From: Verrucomicrobiota bacterium
GTDB lineage: Bacteria > Verrucomicrobiota > Verrucomicrobiia > Opitutales > Coraliomargaritaceae
Length of the DNA: 64,000 bases
Direction of reading: 5' to 3'
NCBI GenBank assembly: GCA_039815375.1
Contig: JBCBZJ010000003.1
Span: forward strand, 1-64,000
Below are positions 10,450-22,697 of the stretch, in pieces (the first letter of the stretch is position 1; each line of letters begins with the position of its first letter). Under the pieces are notes generated by a model. It saw only the letters and a program-made list of their open reading frames with translations, made no database searches and was not told the origin of the DNA. Both the position numbers and the translations under genes were made by a program.

Positions 10450-11940
10450 TCAGCTTTTGAACATTTCTTCGGCTGTCGCGACGGCCTTCAACATGGCTTT
10501 GGCTTTGTTCACAGTTTCCATGAATTCATTCGTGGGCACAGAGTCGGCGACCACACCCGCTCCGGATTGTATGTAGATGCGTCCATCTTTCACCACCGCA
10601 GTGCGAATACCAATCGCAGAATCATGGTTGCCGCCAAATCCGAAATATCCAATGGCACCTCCGTAAACCCCTCGTTGGCAACGCTCTAGGTCAGAGATGA
10701 TCTGAAGAGCTCTAACCTTCGGTGCACCACTCAAAGTGCCAGCAGGGAAAGTTGCCCGCATTAGATCGTAGGCTGTCTGGTCGGCGCGAATCCTTCCGGT
10801 TACCTGAGAAACAATGTGCATAACATGTGAATATCTCTCGATAACCATGTAGTCCGGCACATGCACAGAGCCATATTCACAGACTCGGCCGATATCATTT
10901 CGGGCCAGATCGACTAGCATAAGATGCTCGGCACGCTCTTTTGCATCGCCCAGCAGATCTTCTTCCAGGGCCAGATCTTCCGATTCAGTTGCTCCGCGGT
11001 GCCTTGTGCCAGCGATGGGGCGGATTTCTACCTGTTTTCCGGTTAAACGAACATGCACCTCTGGTGAGGCACCAACTACTGAAAAATCATTATCCTCCAG
11101 TAAAAACATGTATGGCGAAGGATTTATCGTGCGCAGGGCCCGGTAAAGTTCGATCGGCTTTGGCTCAAATTCCTTTTCGAAGCGTTGGGAAAGAACGGTT
11201 TGTATGACGTCTCCTGCCCGGACATACTCTTTCACTCGGTCCACCGCGGCTTCAAAATCGGGCTGGGTAAAGTTTCCGGGTGGAACCGTTACATCGTTTG
11301 GCTCGCGAATCGAGCAATGTCCCAGTTTCTGCCGTGTTTCAAGCTGTCCACATATCCTGCGGATTTCCTCGGTAGCTCGGTCATACGCTGCTTCCGGATC
11401 TTCGTTGATATGAGCGTTCACACAGACGCGCAGAACTTGACGGACATGATCAAAAATCAGCACTGAATCGGTGATCATGTAGTAAAGTATCGGCACCTGA
11501 AGAGGGTTGTCCTCAGGCTTTTCGACAGTTGGTTCGACGTAGTGAATATATTCGTGGCCAACATAACCGACGGCGCCTCCAGTGAAAGGCGGCATCCCCG
11601 GAGTTTCGACAGGTTTGTATTGTGCCATCTCCGCCTCGATTATCTTGAGTGGATCCTCTGGTGTCGGGCAGGTTTCGATACGCCCGTCCTTGTGGCTGAT
11701 GGTGACTTCATCGTCGAAAACCCGGAATACTTTGCTTGGGTTTGCCCCGAGGAAGGAGAAACGGCTGATATTCTCGCCACCCACTACCGACTCGAAGAGA
11801 AAAGCCGGGCCGGAAGAGCGTATCTTGGAGTAAGCGCCGAGGGGCGTTTCACAGTCTGCCGTCAGATCCATATAGACAGGCACGGTGTTACCTTGAGCAG
11901 CAAGTGCTTTGAATTCGGATCTGGAAGGCTGGAGTTGCAT
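10450..11940 (-). CDS. trpE: Anthranilate synthase component I
   Basis: NPSPYM, GASPE, EHLMLVDLARND and FPAGTLSGAPK motifs. Confidence 0.94.
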   Translation of the reverse strand: MQLQPSRSEFKALAAQGNTVPVYMDLTADCETPLGAYSKIRSSGPAFLFESVVGGENISRFSFLGANPSKVFRVFDDEVTISHKDGRIETCPTPEDPLKIIEAEMAQYKPVETPGMPPFTGGAVGYVGHEYIHYVEPTVEKPEDNPLQVPILYYMITDSVLIFDHVRQVLRVCVNAHINEDPEAAYDRATEEIRRICGQLETRQKLGHCSIREPNDVTVPPGNFTQPDFEAAVDRVKEYVRAGDVIQTVLSQRFEKEFEPKPIELYRALRTINPSPYMFLLEDNDFSVVGASPEVHVRLTGKQVEIRPIAGTRHRGATESEDLALEEDLLGDAKERAEHLMLVDLARNDIGRVCEYGSVHVPDYMVIERYSHVMHIVSQVTGRIRADQTAYDLMRATFPAGTLSGAPKVRALQIISDLERCQRGVYGGAIGYFGFGGNHDSAIGIRTAVVKDGRIYIQSGAGVVADSVPTNEFMETVNKAKAMLKAVATAEEMFKS

Positions 11941-12012
11941 GGAATTCAAAATCAAATGCCGATGCTTTGAATAAGGAAAGCAGGAAAACAGGTGACTTTC
12001 TTTCGACCAGCT

Positions 12013-13148
12013 TCAGCAGCTAAGAGCCATGAAATGTTTCTCGGCGAGCTCAAGCGTTTCCTCAACGTCGTCGCCCATCACAGTGAAATGACCCATTTTA
12101 CGACCAGGTTTTGCTTTTCCCTTGTCGTAAACATGGAGTTTACAGTTGGGGTCTGCAAGTAGGCCGGACCAGTCAGGTGTTCCCTGCTCCCAGAGATCGC
12201 CTAGCAGGTTGATCATGACGGTGGGGCAGTGAAGCTTTGTCGAACCGAAGGGCAGATCAGTGACGGCACGGATGTGCTGCTCGAACTGACTCGTGAAGCA
12301 ACCCTCAATGGTATAGTGTCCTGAATTGTGGGGTCGCGGTGCCATCTCATTGACAATCAGTTCGCCACTCTCATCCAAGAACAGCTCGACAGCAATCAGG
12401 CCAACCACGTCGAGTAGGTCGGCGATTTTACAAGCCAGCCCTTCAGCCAGAACCCTCGTTGCTTCGGTCACACGTGCCGGGACAATAGAGGCATGCAGGA
12501 TGTGGTGAACGTGGACATTTTCAGCCATCGGAAAGGTTATCGAGGTGCCATCAGCCTTACGCGCACAAACTACAGAAAACTCCCCGATATGATGTATCCA
12601 CTTTTCAACTACAACACGAGGTGGTCCATCCAGATGCTTCCACAGGAAATCGCAGTCTTCTGCTTCGTGCGGAGCATTCAGCTTGATCTGTCCTTTGCCA
12701 TCATAGCCGAATGCGGCAGTCTTGATGACACAAGGGAATCCGATTGATGTGATAGCTTGCTTCAGGCTCGTTGCAGAATCGGCATATTCAAAGGGCACGC
12801 AGGGTAGGCCACTGGCTTTTAGGAAGTCCTTCTCCCGTTGGCGGTGCTGGCAGATGTGCAGAGCTTGTTTGCCGGGAAAGACCGGTTTGATTTCGCTGAG
12901 TGTGTCGATGATTTCTGCGGGGATGTTTTCGAACTCGAGGGTGATGACATCGACTTCTTCGGCAAAGGCCTTGAGTGCGGCTTTGTCCGTGTATTCTGCG
13001 TTTACTTCCAGATCGGCGACCATGCCTGCGGAGCATGGACCTTTCGGCTCAAAAACATGAAAGCGGTAGCCAAGTGCGCGGCCTGCGAGGATCAGCATAC
13101 GCCCGAGCTGGCCACCGCCCAAAATTCCGATTGTGCTTCCGGGAGGAA

Positions 13149-13152
<4 letters not shown>
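12013..13152 (-). CDS. purK: N5-carboxyaminoimidazole ribonucleotide synthase
   Basis: [27 protein letters not shown] and RKMGH motifs. Confidence 0.97.
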
Positions 13153-13652
<500 letters not shown>

Positions 13653-13708
13653 GAAAGCAGAGAAGTGAATTCGCCTCTGGAATCAACCCTTGTTCTGTGA
13701 GCGATATA

Positions 13709-14779
13709 CTAGCCTTCAGCCTCTTCGCTTTCTCCGGTCAGAGATTCGCCACCCTTGGGGTGGACCTTGTCCATGATGAGCTGAGTGAGTTCTTTCGCGA
13801 GATCTTTATTTTCGGCGACGTGCTGCTTTGCAGCCTCGCGGCCTTGGCCGATCATCTCGCCCTTGTAAGAAATCCAGGAGCCTTTCTTTTCAAGAAGTTT
13901 GTGTTCGACGCCAAGGTCGATGAGGGAGCCGGAATGGGAGATGCCCTCGTTATACATAATATCGAACTCGCACTCGGTGAAGGGCGGAGCGACTTTGTTC
14001 TTCACAACTTTCAGGCGCGTGCGGTTACCCACAACCTTGCCAGCTGTTTCCTTGATTTGGCCGATCCTGCGGATGTCCATACGGACGGAGGAAAAGAATT
14101 TCAGGGCACGGCCACCGGGTTGGGTCTCGGGACTGCCGAACATGACGCCGATCTTCTCACGAATCTGATTGGTGAAGAGGACGACGCATTGAGTCTTGCT
14201 GATTGCGGCAGTAAGACGACGCATGGCTTGGCTCATCATGCGTGCCTGCAGGCCGACAGTGGTGTCGCCCATTTGACCGTCCAGTTCATTCTTCGAAACA
14301 AGTGCGGCGACGGAGTCGACCACGATGATGTCGACTGCACCGGAGCGAATGAGCGTTTCGGTGATGTTGAGTGCGTCTTCACCGCTTTCGGGCTGGGAGA
14401 CCATGAGGTTCTCAAGGTCGACGCCGACGACTTTGGCATAACGTGGGTCGAGTGCGTGCTCCACGTCGACAAAGACAGCGTTGCCGCCTTCTTTTTGGGC
14501 CTGTGCGATGGCACTGAGACAGAAGGTGGTCTTACCGGAGCTTTCCGGACCATAGATCTCGCAGATTCTGCCGCGGGGGAGGCCACCGGCGCCGAGAGCA
14601 AGATCAATGGCAATAGAGCCAGTCGAGATGACGTCGATCTCCATCTTAGTGGCTTCTCCGAGACGCATGAGCGCGCCAGGCCCGAATTGTTTATTGATGC
14701 CGGAAATGGCTAGATCGAGGTTCTTGCGGTCGGCTTCGGGGTTGCGTTCAGATTTTTGGATAGCGGTTTTTGCAGGCAT
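13709..14779 (-). CDS. recA: Recombinase RecA
   Basis: [31 protein letters not shown] and KNKVAPPF motifs. Confidence 0.99.
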   Translation of the reverse strand: MPAKTAIQKSERNPEADRKNLDLAISGINKQFGPGALMRLGEATKMEIDVISTGSIAIDLALGAGGLPRGRICEIYGPESSGKTTFCLSAIAQAQKEGGNAVFVDVEHALDPRYAKVVGVDLENLMVSQPESGEDALNITETLIRSGAVDIIVVDSVAALVSKNELDGQMGDTTVGLQARMMSQAMRRLTAAISKTQCVVLFTNQIREKIGVMFGSPETQPGGRALKFFSSVRMDIRRIGQIKETAGKVVGNRTRLKVVKNKVAPPFTECEFDIMYNEGISHSGSLIDLGVEHKLLEKKGSWISYKGEMIGQGREAAKQHVAENKDLAKELTQLIMDKVHPKGGESLTGESEEAEG

Positions 14780-14846
14780 AGCGAAATGTTGTCGGTGAAA
14801 AATCGGGTTTTGCAAATCAGATTGCGGATCTAAAGGCTGTAATCAA

Positions 14847-14866
14847 GAACAAATGTAAATTTGTTC
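14847..14866. promoter_or_regulatory. Palindromic operator candidate upstream of recA
   Basis: Perfect inverted repeat GAACAAAT-gtaa-ATTTGTTC. Confidence 0.5.
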
Positions 14867-14946
14867 ACTATATATTGTTTTTGTACTTAGATTCGCCTGC
14901 TGCTTGACGGCACAGGTCTGTAGGGCTCTGATCCGTGGTTCTAAAG

Positions 14947-15360
14947 ATGGACGCAGATAAGATTAACCCGGACCACAAGGTGATTGGGCTGCGCTATGCT
15001 CGTTGGGCCGGGCAGGCACTGGGCTTTGTTCTGATCCTGATGGGCTTGTTTGCGGTGCTCGGCCAAAAAGGTGTTTTCGAGCTCTTTAAGGGAAGCTATT
15101 TTATAGTTTATGGGTCGATCTTGCTGGTGCCTTTTACGCGGTTCGCCGAAAAACTATGGAAACCGAGCTTCGTTGTGCTCGCCATCCTGTCAGCGTTTTT
15201 TGTCTTCGTGATGGTGGCGCATGTCATGTTTGCCTACATGGCTGCGGCGGAGATTGGTGAAAAACTCGGTGTGCCGGGTCTTGAGGGTACATTGATCTTT
15301 GTGGCGCTGATGCAGGTGCCTGTAGTGCTTTTTCAACGCAAGCCGGATCTTTTGGATTAA
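14947..15360 (+). CDS. Hypothetical membrane protein
   Basis: About 4 TM segments; its stop overlaps the next start. An alternative GTG start lies at 14935. Confidence 0.75.
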   Translation: MDADKINPDHKVIGLRYARWAGQALGFVLILMGLFAVLGQKGVFELFKGSYFIVYGSILLVPFTRFAEKLWKPSFVVLAILSAFFVFVMVAHVMFAYMAAAEIGEKLGVPGLEGTLIFVALMQVPVVLFQRKPDLLD

Positions 15361-16007
15361 TGTCTGGCTTGAAACACATTATCTGGGACTGGAACGGAAC
15401 CTTGTTGAATGACACTTGGCTCTGCGTGGAGGTGCTCAACGGTTTGCTGATGCGACGGGGCCGTGCTCCGATCAGTGAGGAGGACTATCGGGAGAACTTT
15501 GGATTTCCGGTGATACACTTTTACGAGTTTCTTGGTTTCGATACGGACAGGGATAGCTTTGATCGAGCGAGCCGTGAATTTATCAGCGACTATGAGGCAC
15601 GTTGGCTGACCGAGTGTTCGTTGCATGCACATGCTCCGGATGTTTTGGCGGCGATGAGTTCGTCGGGTCTAACCCATTCGGTGCTCTCTGCTGCGAAGCA
15701 AGAGGCATTGGAGATCGGAATCGGGCACTTTGGGATTCTCGACTACTTTCATGGTCTTTGCGGCACGGACAACATCTATGCGGAAGGGAAGGTCGAGCGT
15801 GGGCGACAATGGATCGAACAACTGCATTGGAATCCGGAAGAAGTCGTTTTAATCGGCGACACCTTGCATGATTTTGAAGTAGCCGAGACAATGGGCACGG
15901 ACTGCATTCTTTTGGCGCACGGCCACCATACGCCAGAGCGCCTGAGTGCGACGGGTAAACCCGTCGCGCATTCGCTCAGAGAGCTGGTGAACCTGGTCTC
16001 TGGCTAG
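15360..16007 (+). CDS. HAD-family hydrolase (phosphoglycolate phosphatase-like)
   Basis: WDWNGTL and IGDTLHD motifs. Confidence 0.9.
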   Translation: MSGLKHIIWDWNGTLLNDTWLCVEVLNGLLMRRGRAPISEEDYRENFGFPVIHFYEFLGFDTDRDSFDRASREFISDYEARWLTECSLHAHAPDVLAAMSSSGLTHSVLSAAKQEALEIGIGHFGILDYFHGLCGTDNIYAEGKVERGRQWIEQLHWNPEEVVLIGDTLHDFEVAETMGTDCILLAHGHHTPERLSATGKPVAHSLRELVNLVSG

Positions 16008-17287
16008 TAGGGCAGCGGATACTGCCCGGTCAGTGCGGCGATACGCCCTTTCACTTCTTCAAGGGCGTCGTCGAGGCCTTCCGTGTCGATCGCTTTTAAT
16101 ACGGTGTCGATGCAAGCTGCTATCTCAGCCATGTCACTTTCGACGAAGCCGCGGCTGGTTACCGCAGGGGTGCCGAGACGAATACCGGAAGCTTGGAAAG
16201 GCGAACGGGTTTCAAACGGAACGGTATTCTTGTTGCAGGTAATGTGTGCCAGATCGAGGGTCTCCTGTGCCTTCTTGGCGGTTAGTTCAGGAAGGTTCTC
16301 ACGGAGATCGACAAGAAAAAGGTGGTTGTCGGAGCCGTCGGAGATGAGCTTGTAGCCGCGTTCAACCATGGCAGCTGCAAGCGCCTGCGAGTTTTTGACT
16401 ACTTGTGCTGCGTATTCTCTAAAGCTAGGTTTAAGGGCTTCGCCGAAGCAGATGGCCTTCGCGGCAATCACGTGCATCAACGGTCCACCCTGGCCGCCCG
16501 GGAACATGGCCGAATCAATCTTTTTGGCATGCTCTTCCTTGCAAAGGATGAGTCCGCCGCGTGGACCGCGGAGTGTCTTGTGCGTCGTCGTGGTGACGAA
16601 GTCTGCATGTGGCACAGGAGAGGGGTGGGCACCTCCAGCAACAAGGCCGGCAATGTGTGCGATATCAGCAAACAGGTAGGCACCGACGGAGCGTGCAATT
16701 TCGCCCATGCGTTCAAAGTCGATGATACGAGAGTAGGCCGAGGCACCGACCGTGATCATCTTGGGTTTTTCACGCTCTGCAACTTCGGCGAGCTCATCGT
16801 AGTCAATCAGGCCGGTGTCTTCGCGAACACCGTATTGGACGAACTCGTAGAGTTTGCCGGAGAAGTTGACCGGGTTTCCGTGGGTGAGGTGGCCACCGTG
16901 GGCCAGATTCATACCGAGGAGTTTGTCGCCGGGCTGGAGCACGGAGGTATAGACGGCAAAATTGGCCTGCGAACCGGAGTGGGGCTGGACGTTTGCATGG
17001 TCGGCCTTAAAAAGCTCCTTGGCCCGTTCGATGGCGAGGCGCTCCACAACATCAACATGTTCGCAGCCACCATACCAGCGTTTGCCAGGGTAGCCCTCGG
17101 CATACTTGTTGGTCAGGACGCTGCCTTGAGCCTCCATGATGGCCGGGTAAGTAAAGTTCTCAGAGGCGATTAGCTCGATGTGTGTTTCTTGGCGCCGGCG
17201 CTCTGCAGCGATCGCTTCGGCGACTTCGAAATCGATTTCGCTGAGTGAAGAAGAATTTAAAGCAGGGGATGCAATTGCTATGCTCAT
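16004..17287 (-). CDS. glyA: Serine hydroxymethyltransferase
   Basis: [23 protein letters not shown] and [14 protein letters not shown] motifs. Confidence 0.99.
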   Translation of the reverse strand: MSIAIASPALNSSSLSEIDFEVAEAIAAERRRQETHIELIASENFTYPAIMEAQGSVLTNKYAEGYPGKRWYGGCEHVDVVERLAIERAKELFKADHANVQPHSGSQANFAVYTSVLQPGDKLLGMNLAHGGHLTHGNPVNFSGKLYEFVQYGVREDTGLIDYDELAEVAEREKPKMITVGASAYSRIIDFERMGEIARSVGAYLFADIAHIAGLVAGGAHPSPVPHADFVTTTTHKTLRGPRGGLILCKEEHAKKIDSAMFPGGQGGPLMHVIAAKAICFGEALKPSFREYAAQVVKNSQALAAAMVERGYKLISDGSDNHLFLVDLRENLPELTAKKAQETLDLAHITCNKNTVPFETRSPFQASGIRLGTPAVTSRGFVESDMAEIAACIDTVLKAIDTEGLDDALEEVKGRIAALTGQYPLPY

Positions 17288-17325
17288 ATTGAAAAGGATG
17301 CTGGATATTCCTTTTGGTCAAATCA

Positions 17326-18837
17326 TTAGAACGGCCAAATCCAGTCAGTGCGTGAACGTTCTTTCTTCGATTTAGGGACATCAGCCGATTCGGGTTCCTC
17401 CTTCTGATCGGGCCCTTCTTCCGCTTTCTCCGGGGCGTCGACTTCGATCATTTCAACTGCGACCGGTGCGTCGGTAGCTTCGGTTTCAGGCTTTTCGCTC
17501 CAAAATGGCCACCACCATGGGTCCGGATCTTCGGCTGGTTCAAATTCTTCAACTAGAAGTTGCTGTGTGCTGGCTATATTGTCGTCGCCCCCAAACGGCC
17601 AGACCCAGCGGGTAAACGTCCGGCCCCAGCCTGCTTTTTTCTGTGAGCTCGGGTTGATGCCCGCAGCCTCGGCCATTTGCTGAAATTGCAGGGCGACGTC
17701 TTTCCGGCTCTTCATGTGATCGGCCAATTTGCTTGAGTCTGCGGGTGCTGCAGCCAGCACACGGATAGGCACACCATCAAGCGGACGGCCCGGATTGTAT
17801 TCATAGAGCACAAAACCACGTCCAACTGGCGAAAGAATCTTTCGCATGCCATCGTCCCAGCGCATGAAGACGTCCTGGCCACTGAGAGCCCATTGACCAC
17901 TCAGCGAGCGGTCCATGGAAGTCTCGAGGCCGCCGAAGCGTGCCATAGAAACTTGTTCAAACTGATCCTCCGCTCGCTTCACGATCCAGTTTCCCCGGTA
18001 AAATGTCCGGGCTACCTTACGACTCGAGAAAGCCAGGCCTCCGAGATTGCTTTCCCGTTCTGACTGGTAGTCGGCGAACCAGCTTTCCGGAACCTTGGAT
18101 TCGATGGAACGGACTACAGATTTGGCTTCGGTCGTGTCATCCTCTATCACGCTGCCCGGCTCTATAAGTTGATAGGTGAAGCCACGTTCTGTTTCGCGAA
18201 GGATACCATACTGGCCGCTGTCCCAAATGATGTGTAACTCACTGCCTTGTTTGGCCCATTCGCCGCGTTGCCCACGCTCGATGCTTGCGAGGGTACTAGC
18301 TGCAGAGCGATCCGCTTCAACGAAGATAAAGGTGTCTTCGTCATCGATTTTCCAAATGCCGAAGAAACCTTTGGCTTCGTCCCGGTCCGAACGCATCTCT
18401 TCGTCGCGTGTCGGTGGCTTGGCCCACTGCCCTAGGATCTCGCTTGGAAGCTGAACGGCCTGGGCATTGTAAATGTTCGTTCCAGAGCCATCTTTTAGAA
18501 TGGCTCTGAAGCCCGAATTTGTGCGCTCAATCACATGAGAGCGTCCATCTTCCCAGGCCACGGTTGCTGCACTATTGGTGTTTGTCCAGCTGCCGCTATA
18601 AACCGTGCGATCCGAGTTGTCGCCCCAGAAGTAGGAGGCTAGACCCTGATTCTTGAGAATGATGATCTGAGCTCCTTCGCTGGGAGTTTCAATTTGCCAA
18701 GTTCCGCGAAATAGCTCGCCTCCACTTTGCGCGGAGAGATTCGCTGAAGCCAGCAGAAGGGTAAAGCTGAAGAGTTGCGCGACGAGCCAGTGGCATGCAG
18801 GCATCTTGGCAAAACTCGCGCCGGAAAATTGAATCAT
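17326..18837 (-). CDS. Exported hypothetical protein with three internal repeats and WxWPF motifs
   Basis: Signal peptide, three G-x-W...G-x-W...W-(D/E)-x-G...RGF-type units and an acidic tail. Confidence 0.75.
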   Translation of the reverse strand: MIQFSGASFAKMPACHWLVAQLFSFTLLLASANLSAQSGGELFRGTWQIETPSEGAQIIILKNQGLASYFWGDNSDRTVYSGSWTNTNSAATVAWEDGRSHVIERTNSGFRAILKDGSGTNIYNAQAVQLPSEILGQWAKPPTRDEEMRSDRDEAKGFFGIWKIDDEDTFIFVEADRSAASTLASIERGQRGEWAKQGSELHIIWDSGQYGILRETERGFTYQLIEPGSVIEDDTTEAKSVVRSIESKVPESWFADYQSERESNLGGLAFSSRKVARTFYRGNWIVKRAEDQFEQVSMARFGGLETSMDRSLSGQWALSGQDVFMRWDDGMRKILSPVGRGFVLYEYNPGRPLDGVPIRVLAAAPADSSKLADHMKSRKDVALQFQQMAEAAGINPSSQKKAGWGRTFTRWVWPFGGDDNIASTQQLLVEEFEPAEDPDPWWWPFWSEKPETEATDAPVAVEMIEVDAPEKAEEGPDQKEEPESADVPKSKKERSRTDWIWPF

Positions 18838-18875
18838 GTGAGGTGCCTATTGTTCCCAAGGAGAGCAGGCAAGTT

Positions 18876-19670
18876 TTAATCGCTGCCAGGAGTGGGGCGG
18901 CCGATTCTGGAGAAATCGAGTAGGCTTTGGCTGATACAGCCAGCATCAAGTGCTGCGCGGTCCGAGCCGACTTCATCTTGGATTGTGATACCGTCGTGAT
19001 AAGTGAAGCGATACTTTCCCGGACTTGTTGCGGTGAATAGACTGCCTAGTTCGATTTTTGCGGGGAAGGTTTCGAGAAGTTCTGAATCTGCGGTAGTTTG
19101 CGACGGAAAGTTGATATTGATCACGCAGCCTGATTTGGGCGGCTCTTTCAGGGTTGCCTTTGCTAGGGTGGTAGCATGTTGCGAGGCGGCTTCCAGCGAT
19201 TGGCTAAATGCGCCTCTCGTCCTGCCATTTGCCTTTTGTATGCCCTCGAAGAGATCGTTCGGAACGCACTTGCTGAATGCGACTGCCGGTAGTCCCCAGA
19301 GTGCACCTTCGATTGCTCCGGCAATTGTGCCGGAACTCAGGATTAAAGTTTCCGTTGTGTTGTAGCCGATATTGATTCCGGAAAGCACGATGTCTGGCTT
19401 TTCGCTAAGAAGGTTGCCCATCGCAATGTTCACGCAGTCCGTCGGTGTGCCGTCTATCGCCCAAGCCTGGTCGACTCCGTCAAAGACTTCAGGCCGCTGG
19501 CTTACTTCTATATCGCCTCTCCGCGTCATCGCTCGACCGATCCAGCTTTGTTCGGAGGCCGGTGCGGCTACGGTTACGCGGAAGTCTTGCAAAAGCGCTG
19601 CGACCAACTTGTGCAGAAAGTCCGAATCGATGCCGTCGTCGTTCGTGACGAGTGCGTGTGGTTTTGACAT
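18876..19670 (-). CDS. surE: 5'/3'-nucleotidase SurE
   Basis: LVTNDDG, GTPTDCV, SGINIG and SGTIAGA motifs. Confidence 0.95.
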   Translation of the reverse strand: MSKPHALVTNDDGIDSDFLHKLVAALLQDFRVTVAAPASEQSWIGRAMTRRGDIEVSQRPEVFDGVDQAWAIDGTPTDCVNIAMGNLLSEKPDIVLSGINIGYNTTETLILSSGTIAGAIEGALWGLPAVAFSKCVPNDLFEGIQKANGRTRGAFSQSLEAASQHATTLAKATLKEPPKSGCVININFPSQTTADSELLETFPAKIELGSLFTATSPGKYRFTYHDGITIQDEVGSDRAALDAGCISQSLLDFSRIGRPTPGSD

Positions 19671-19674
19671 AAAC

Positions 19675-20136
19675 TTAAATGCTGCCGGGTCTCGCAAGCA
19701 CCTCAACAGGAGCTTCGGTGATACGCTCGCGCACATGCTCCGGTAGCTCGGCCGAAGCGAGCTCGCCGCTTCCAGTGAGTTGGGTAAAGACGGTCGTCAT
19801 ATGCCCCTTGCCGCATTGGGTTCGGCTACCGTCGGTTTCGTGGCGAAGGATGCGAAATTGAAAATCGATCGAGCGGTCTTTGACCGCTTTGACCGCAATG
19901 TGGATATCGATGGTGTCACCGAAACGCAGAGGAGCCGAAAATTTGCACTCGGCCCGCACTCGCGGCCAACCGACCAACTCGCCTGGTTTGGTTCGAATCA
20001 GGTCGATGCCAACGGCTTCAAAGAAATCGCGCTCGGCCGTCTCCATATATTTGAAGAAGTTCGAGAAATGCACGAGACCGGCCATGTCGGTTTCAGAAAA
20101 CTCGATGCGGCGGGTGGATGTGTGTTCACAAGCCAT
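19675..20136 (-). CDS. Acyl-CoA thioesterase (4HBT/YbgC-like)
   Basis: [13 protein letters not shown] hot-dog fold motif. Confidence 0.9.
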   Translation of the reverse strand: MACEHTSTRRIEFSETDMAGLVHFSNFFKYMETAERDFFEAVGIDLIRTKPGELVGWPRVRAECKFSAPLRFGDTIDIHIAVKAVKDRSIDFQFRILRHETDGSRTQCGKGHMTTVFTQLTGSGELASAELPEHVRERITEAPVEVLARPGSI

Positions 20137-20189
20137 ACCATCAAGACATGGCTTACCCTCGGATCTTTGGCAACTGCTTGCTGTAGATA

Positions 20190-21152
20190 TTAACTCGCCA
20201 GTTTGTCAGCGACGATTTGGCGAACTTTGAGCATGTCCTGACCAAAGACGCGGATACCTTGCGCGAGTTTTTCAGTCGCCATGGCATCTTCGTTCATCAG
20301 CCAGCGGAAGGACTTTTCAGAAACATCCAACTTTTCTATGTCGGAGTTCTTTGCTGCTTCAGCGTCCAGTTTCTCGGGTACGTCGACATCCATACCTTTG
20401 AGTTCTTCAAGCAGGTTGGGGCTGATCGTGAGCAGGTCGCAGCCTGCAAGTTCGAGAATTTCACCGACGTTGCGGAAGCTCGCCCCCATGACTTCTGTGG
20501 CGTGACCGAACTTTTTGTAGTAGGTATAAATTTCCTTTACGCTGGCGACACCGGGGTCGTTCTCAGCAGTGTATTCCACATCCGTATTGGCCTTATACCA
20601 ATCAAGGATACGGCCGACGAAAGGAGAGATGAGTTGAGCACCCGCCTCTGCGCAAGCAACCGCTTGAGCGAGTGAGAAGAGTAAAGTCATGTTACAGTTG
20701 ATTCCCTCTTTTTGAAGGACTTCGGCGGCTTGAATGCCTTCCCATGTGGATGCGATTTTGATCAGGATGCGCTCGCGCGGGGTGCCGGCTGCTTCGTAAA
20801 GGGCGATCAATTCGCGAGCCTTGGCGACGGTGGTCTCGGCATCGAAAGAGAGTCGTGCATCCACTTCGGTCGAGACACGGCCAGGAACAATCTCAAGAAT
20901 TTTCTGGCCGAAACCGATCAGCAGATGGTCGATGACCAAGTCGATAAGGGCTTCACCGTTTACACCTGAATCCGCTGTAGAGGCGATGGCATCATCCAGT
21001 ACGCCCGCATATTCCGGTTTTTGAAGTGCTTTAAGAATGAGTGACGGATTCGTGGTCGCATCCTGCGGGGTGTAGGCTGCGAGCGTTTCAAAATCGCCGG
21101 TATCTGCAACTACGGTGGTGAGTGCTTTAAGTGAGTCGAGTGCGTTGGACAT
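20190..21152 (-). CDS. tal: Transaldolase
   Basis: [26 protein letters not shown] and ISPFVGRI motifs. Confidence 0.98.
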   Translation of the reverse strand: MSNALDSLKALTTVVADTGDFETLAAYTPQDATTNPSLILKALQKPEYAGVLDDAIASTADSGVNGEALIDLVIDHLLIGFGQKILEIVPGRVSTEVDARLSFDAETTVAKARELIALYEAAGTPRERILIKIASTWEGIQAAEVLQKEGINCNMTLLFSLAQAVACAEAGAQLISPFVGRILDWYKANTDVEYTAENDPGVASVKEIYTYYKKFGHATEVMGASFRNVGEILELAGCDLLTISPNLLEELKGMDVDVPEKLDAEAAKNSDIEKLDVSEKSFRWLMNEDAMATEKLAQGIRVFGQDMLKVRQIVADKLAS

Positions 21153-21230
21153 GTCTACTTTTACAAGGGCAAGTGATGGGAAACTCAAACCTCAAAACAG
21201 AATGTAACATGAATGATGCTAATGAATCGA

Positions 21231-21611
21231 TTAGGTCTGCTTGCTTTTGGTTTTTATAAATCCAATCGCCAGCAGTAGCCACCCCACAATAAAAGCGAGG
21301 CCGCCAATCGGTGTGATTGGTCCGAGCCAATTTGGACCGTCCAGCGCGAGCCAGTATAGAGAGCCGCTGAAGAAGACGATTCCGACTAGAAATAGAATGC
21401 TGGAAGCCCGCATCAGCCAGCCTCCCGATCCCAATGAAGCGATTAGCAAGAGCGCGAGTGAATGCCACATCTGGTAGTCCACCGCAGTTCGCCAGACTTC
21501 CGTTTTGCCTGTTTCTAATAAGGCATCTTTCAGCGCGTGTGCGCCAAAGGCTCCCAAGGCAACGGCTAAGAGTGCGGCCACGCAACCACTGATGCCAGTA
21601 AATCGGTTCAT
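21231..21611 (-). CDS. DUF423 family membrane protein
   Basis: GAFGAH, FSGSLY and GPITPIGG motifs. Confidence 0.92.
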   Translation of the reverse strand: MNRFTGISGCVAALLAVALGAFGAHALKDALLETGKTEVWRTAVDYQMWHSLALLLIASLGSGGWLMRASSILFLVGIVFFSGSLYWLALDGPNWLGPITPIGGLAFIVGWLLLAIGFIKTKSKQT

Positions 21612-21623
21612 TTCAAAATCAAC

Positions 21624-22451
21624 TTAAATAGCCGTAGCAGCGTATGCGCTCCGATCCATGATTCGTGCTGCGACGCGGGTGGATAGCCATTTTGGCGCAG
21701 GTGCGGAAATTCCAGCCAGAATCCGGTTCCAGAATCCGGGGGTATGGAGTCTTTTGCGTTTTTTCAGGGCCCGCAGGCTACTGAAAACTACTTCGTCGAC
21801 GGTCTGGAAGCCGGAAGGCAAAGGGGCATCTTCGTTGATTCCGGCAGCATGGATGAAGGGCGTGCGGGTGGGGCCCGGGCAAACCACGAGGGTGTGCACA
21901 TCGGTGCCACGAAGGTCTTCGCTCATGGCCAGTGACCAGTGCATGAGGAAACTTTTGCTGGCACCATAAGTGGTGAATCGCGGCGTCGGCTGAAAAGCGC
22001 TGGTCGAGGCGATGGTCAGGATATCGCCACCTCGTTTAACCAGTTCGGGAAGTAGCCTCATAGTGAGATTTACAGTGCCTCGGATGTTCAGGTCGATCAC
22101 GGTCAAATGTTGTTCGAGGCTGAGCTGGTGGAATTTACCGACATAACCCACGCCGCTGTTATTGATGAACAAAATCGGTCCGTTCGGTGCCCCTTGGAGC
22201 GCTTCGAGGATTTTTCCATGAGCCACCTGAATCGCCTCGGAGTGAAGAAGGTTGCAGGCAAAATGTAAACGGTTCGAACTTTCCCCGAATCCTTCGGGGC
22301 AGGATCTGGAGACATTGATCAAAAGTGTTGAGGGAATGAGCTCGAGAAGCCGGTTCAACATGCCAGCACCGATGCCGGAAGATTCTCCTGTGATGACGAC
22401 GGCTGAATAGCGGGAAAAGAACTGTCGCAGGCTCTCAAAATCCATGTGCAT
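21624..22451 (-). CDS. SDR family oxidoreductase
   Basis: TGESSGIG, INNSG and YGASK motifs. Confidence 0.9.
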   Translation of the reverse strand: MHMDFESLRQFFSRYSAVVITGESSGIGAGMLNRLLELIPSTLLINVSRSCPEGFGESSNRLHFACNLLHSEAIQVAHGKILEALQGAPNGPILFINNSGVGYVGKFHQLSLEQHLTVIDLNIRGTVNLTMRLLPELVKRGGDILTIASTSAFQPTPRFTTYGASKSFLMHWSLAMSEDLRGTDVHTLVVCPGPTRTPFIHAAGINEDAPLPSGFQTVDEVVFSSLRALKKRKRLHTPGFWNRILAGISAPAPKWLSTRVAARIMDRSAYAATAI

Positions 22452-22526
22452 TAAGCCTAACAGGTATTTTCAAACGGCAAGCGGAAAAAGTGCGATGATT
22501 GAAGCGATAGAGTGTTTTTAGGCTTT

Positions 22527-22697
22527 CTCGGGGAAGTCTTCGATGATGGACTGCCGTATGGTCTCGTGGAATCAGTATGGTCTCAGCGCGCAGGTCCTTG
22601 GTGTCGCTACAATTGTCGATGCTACTATGCCGCAGACTAGTGTCTCGTTTAATGCTCCGGGCCGTTATGTATTGGAACTTTCAGCGAATGATGGCGC
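22527..22697 (+). pseudogene. Frameshifted PKD/K319-like domain remnant of a larger Rhs gene
   Basis: Reads GEVFDDGLPYGLVESVWSQRAGP, then after a +1 slip near 22599 GVATIVDATMPQTSVSFNAPGRYVLELSANDG. No start codon or N-terminus. Confidence 0.65.

Noticed and set aside
13697..14713. 338-aa ORF antisense to recA
   Set aside because: Codon-register shadow of a highly conserved, codon-biased gene; no recognisable motifs
16322..17173. 283-aa ORF antisense to glyA
   Set aside because: Same shadow-ORF artefact
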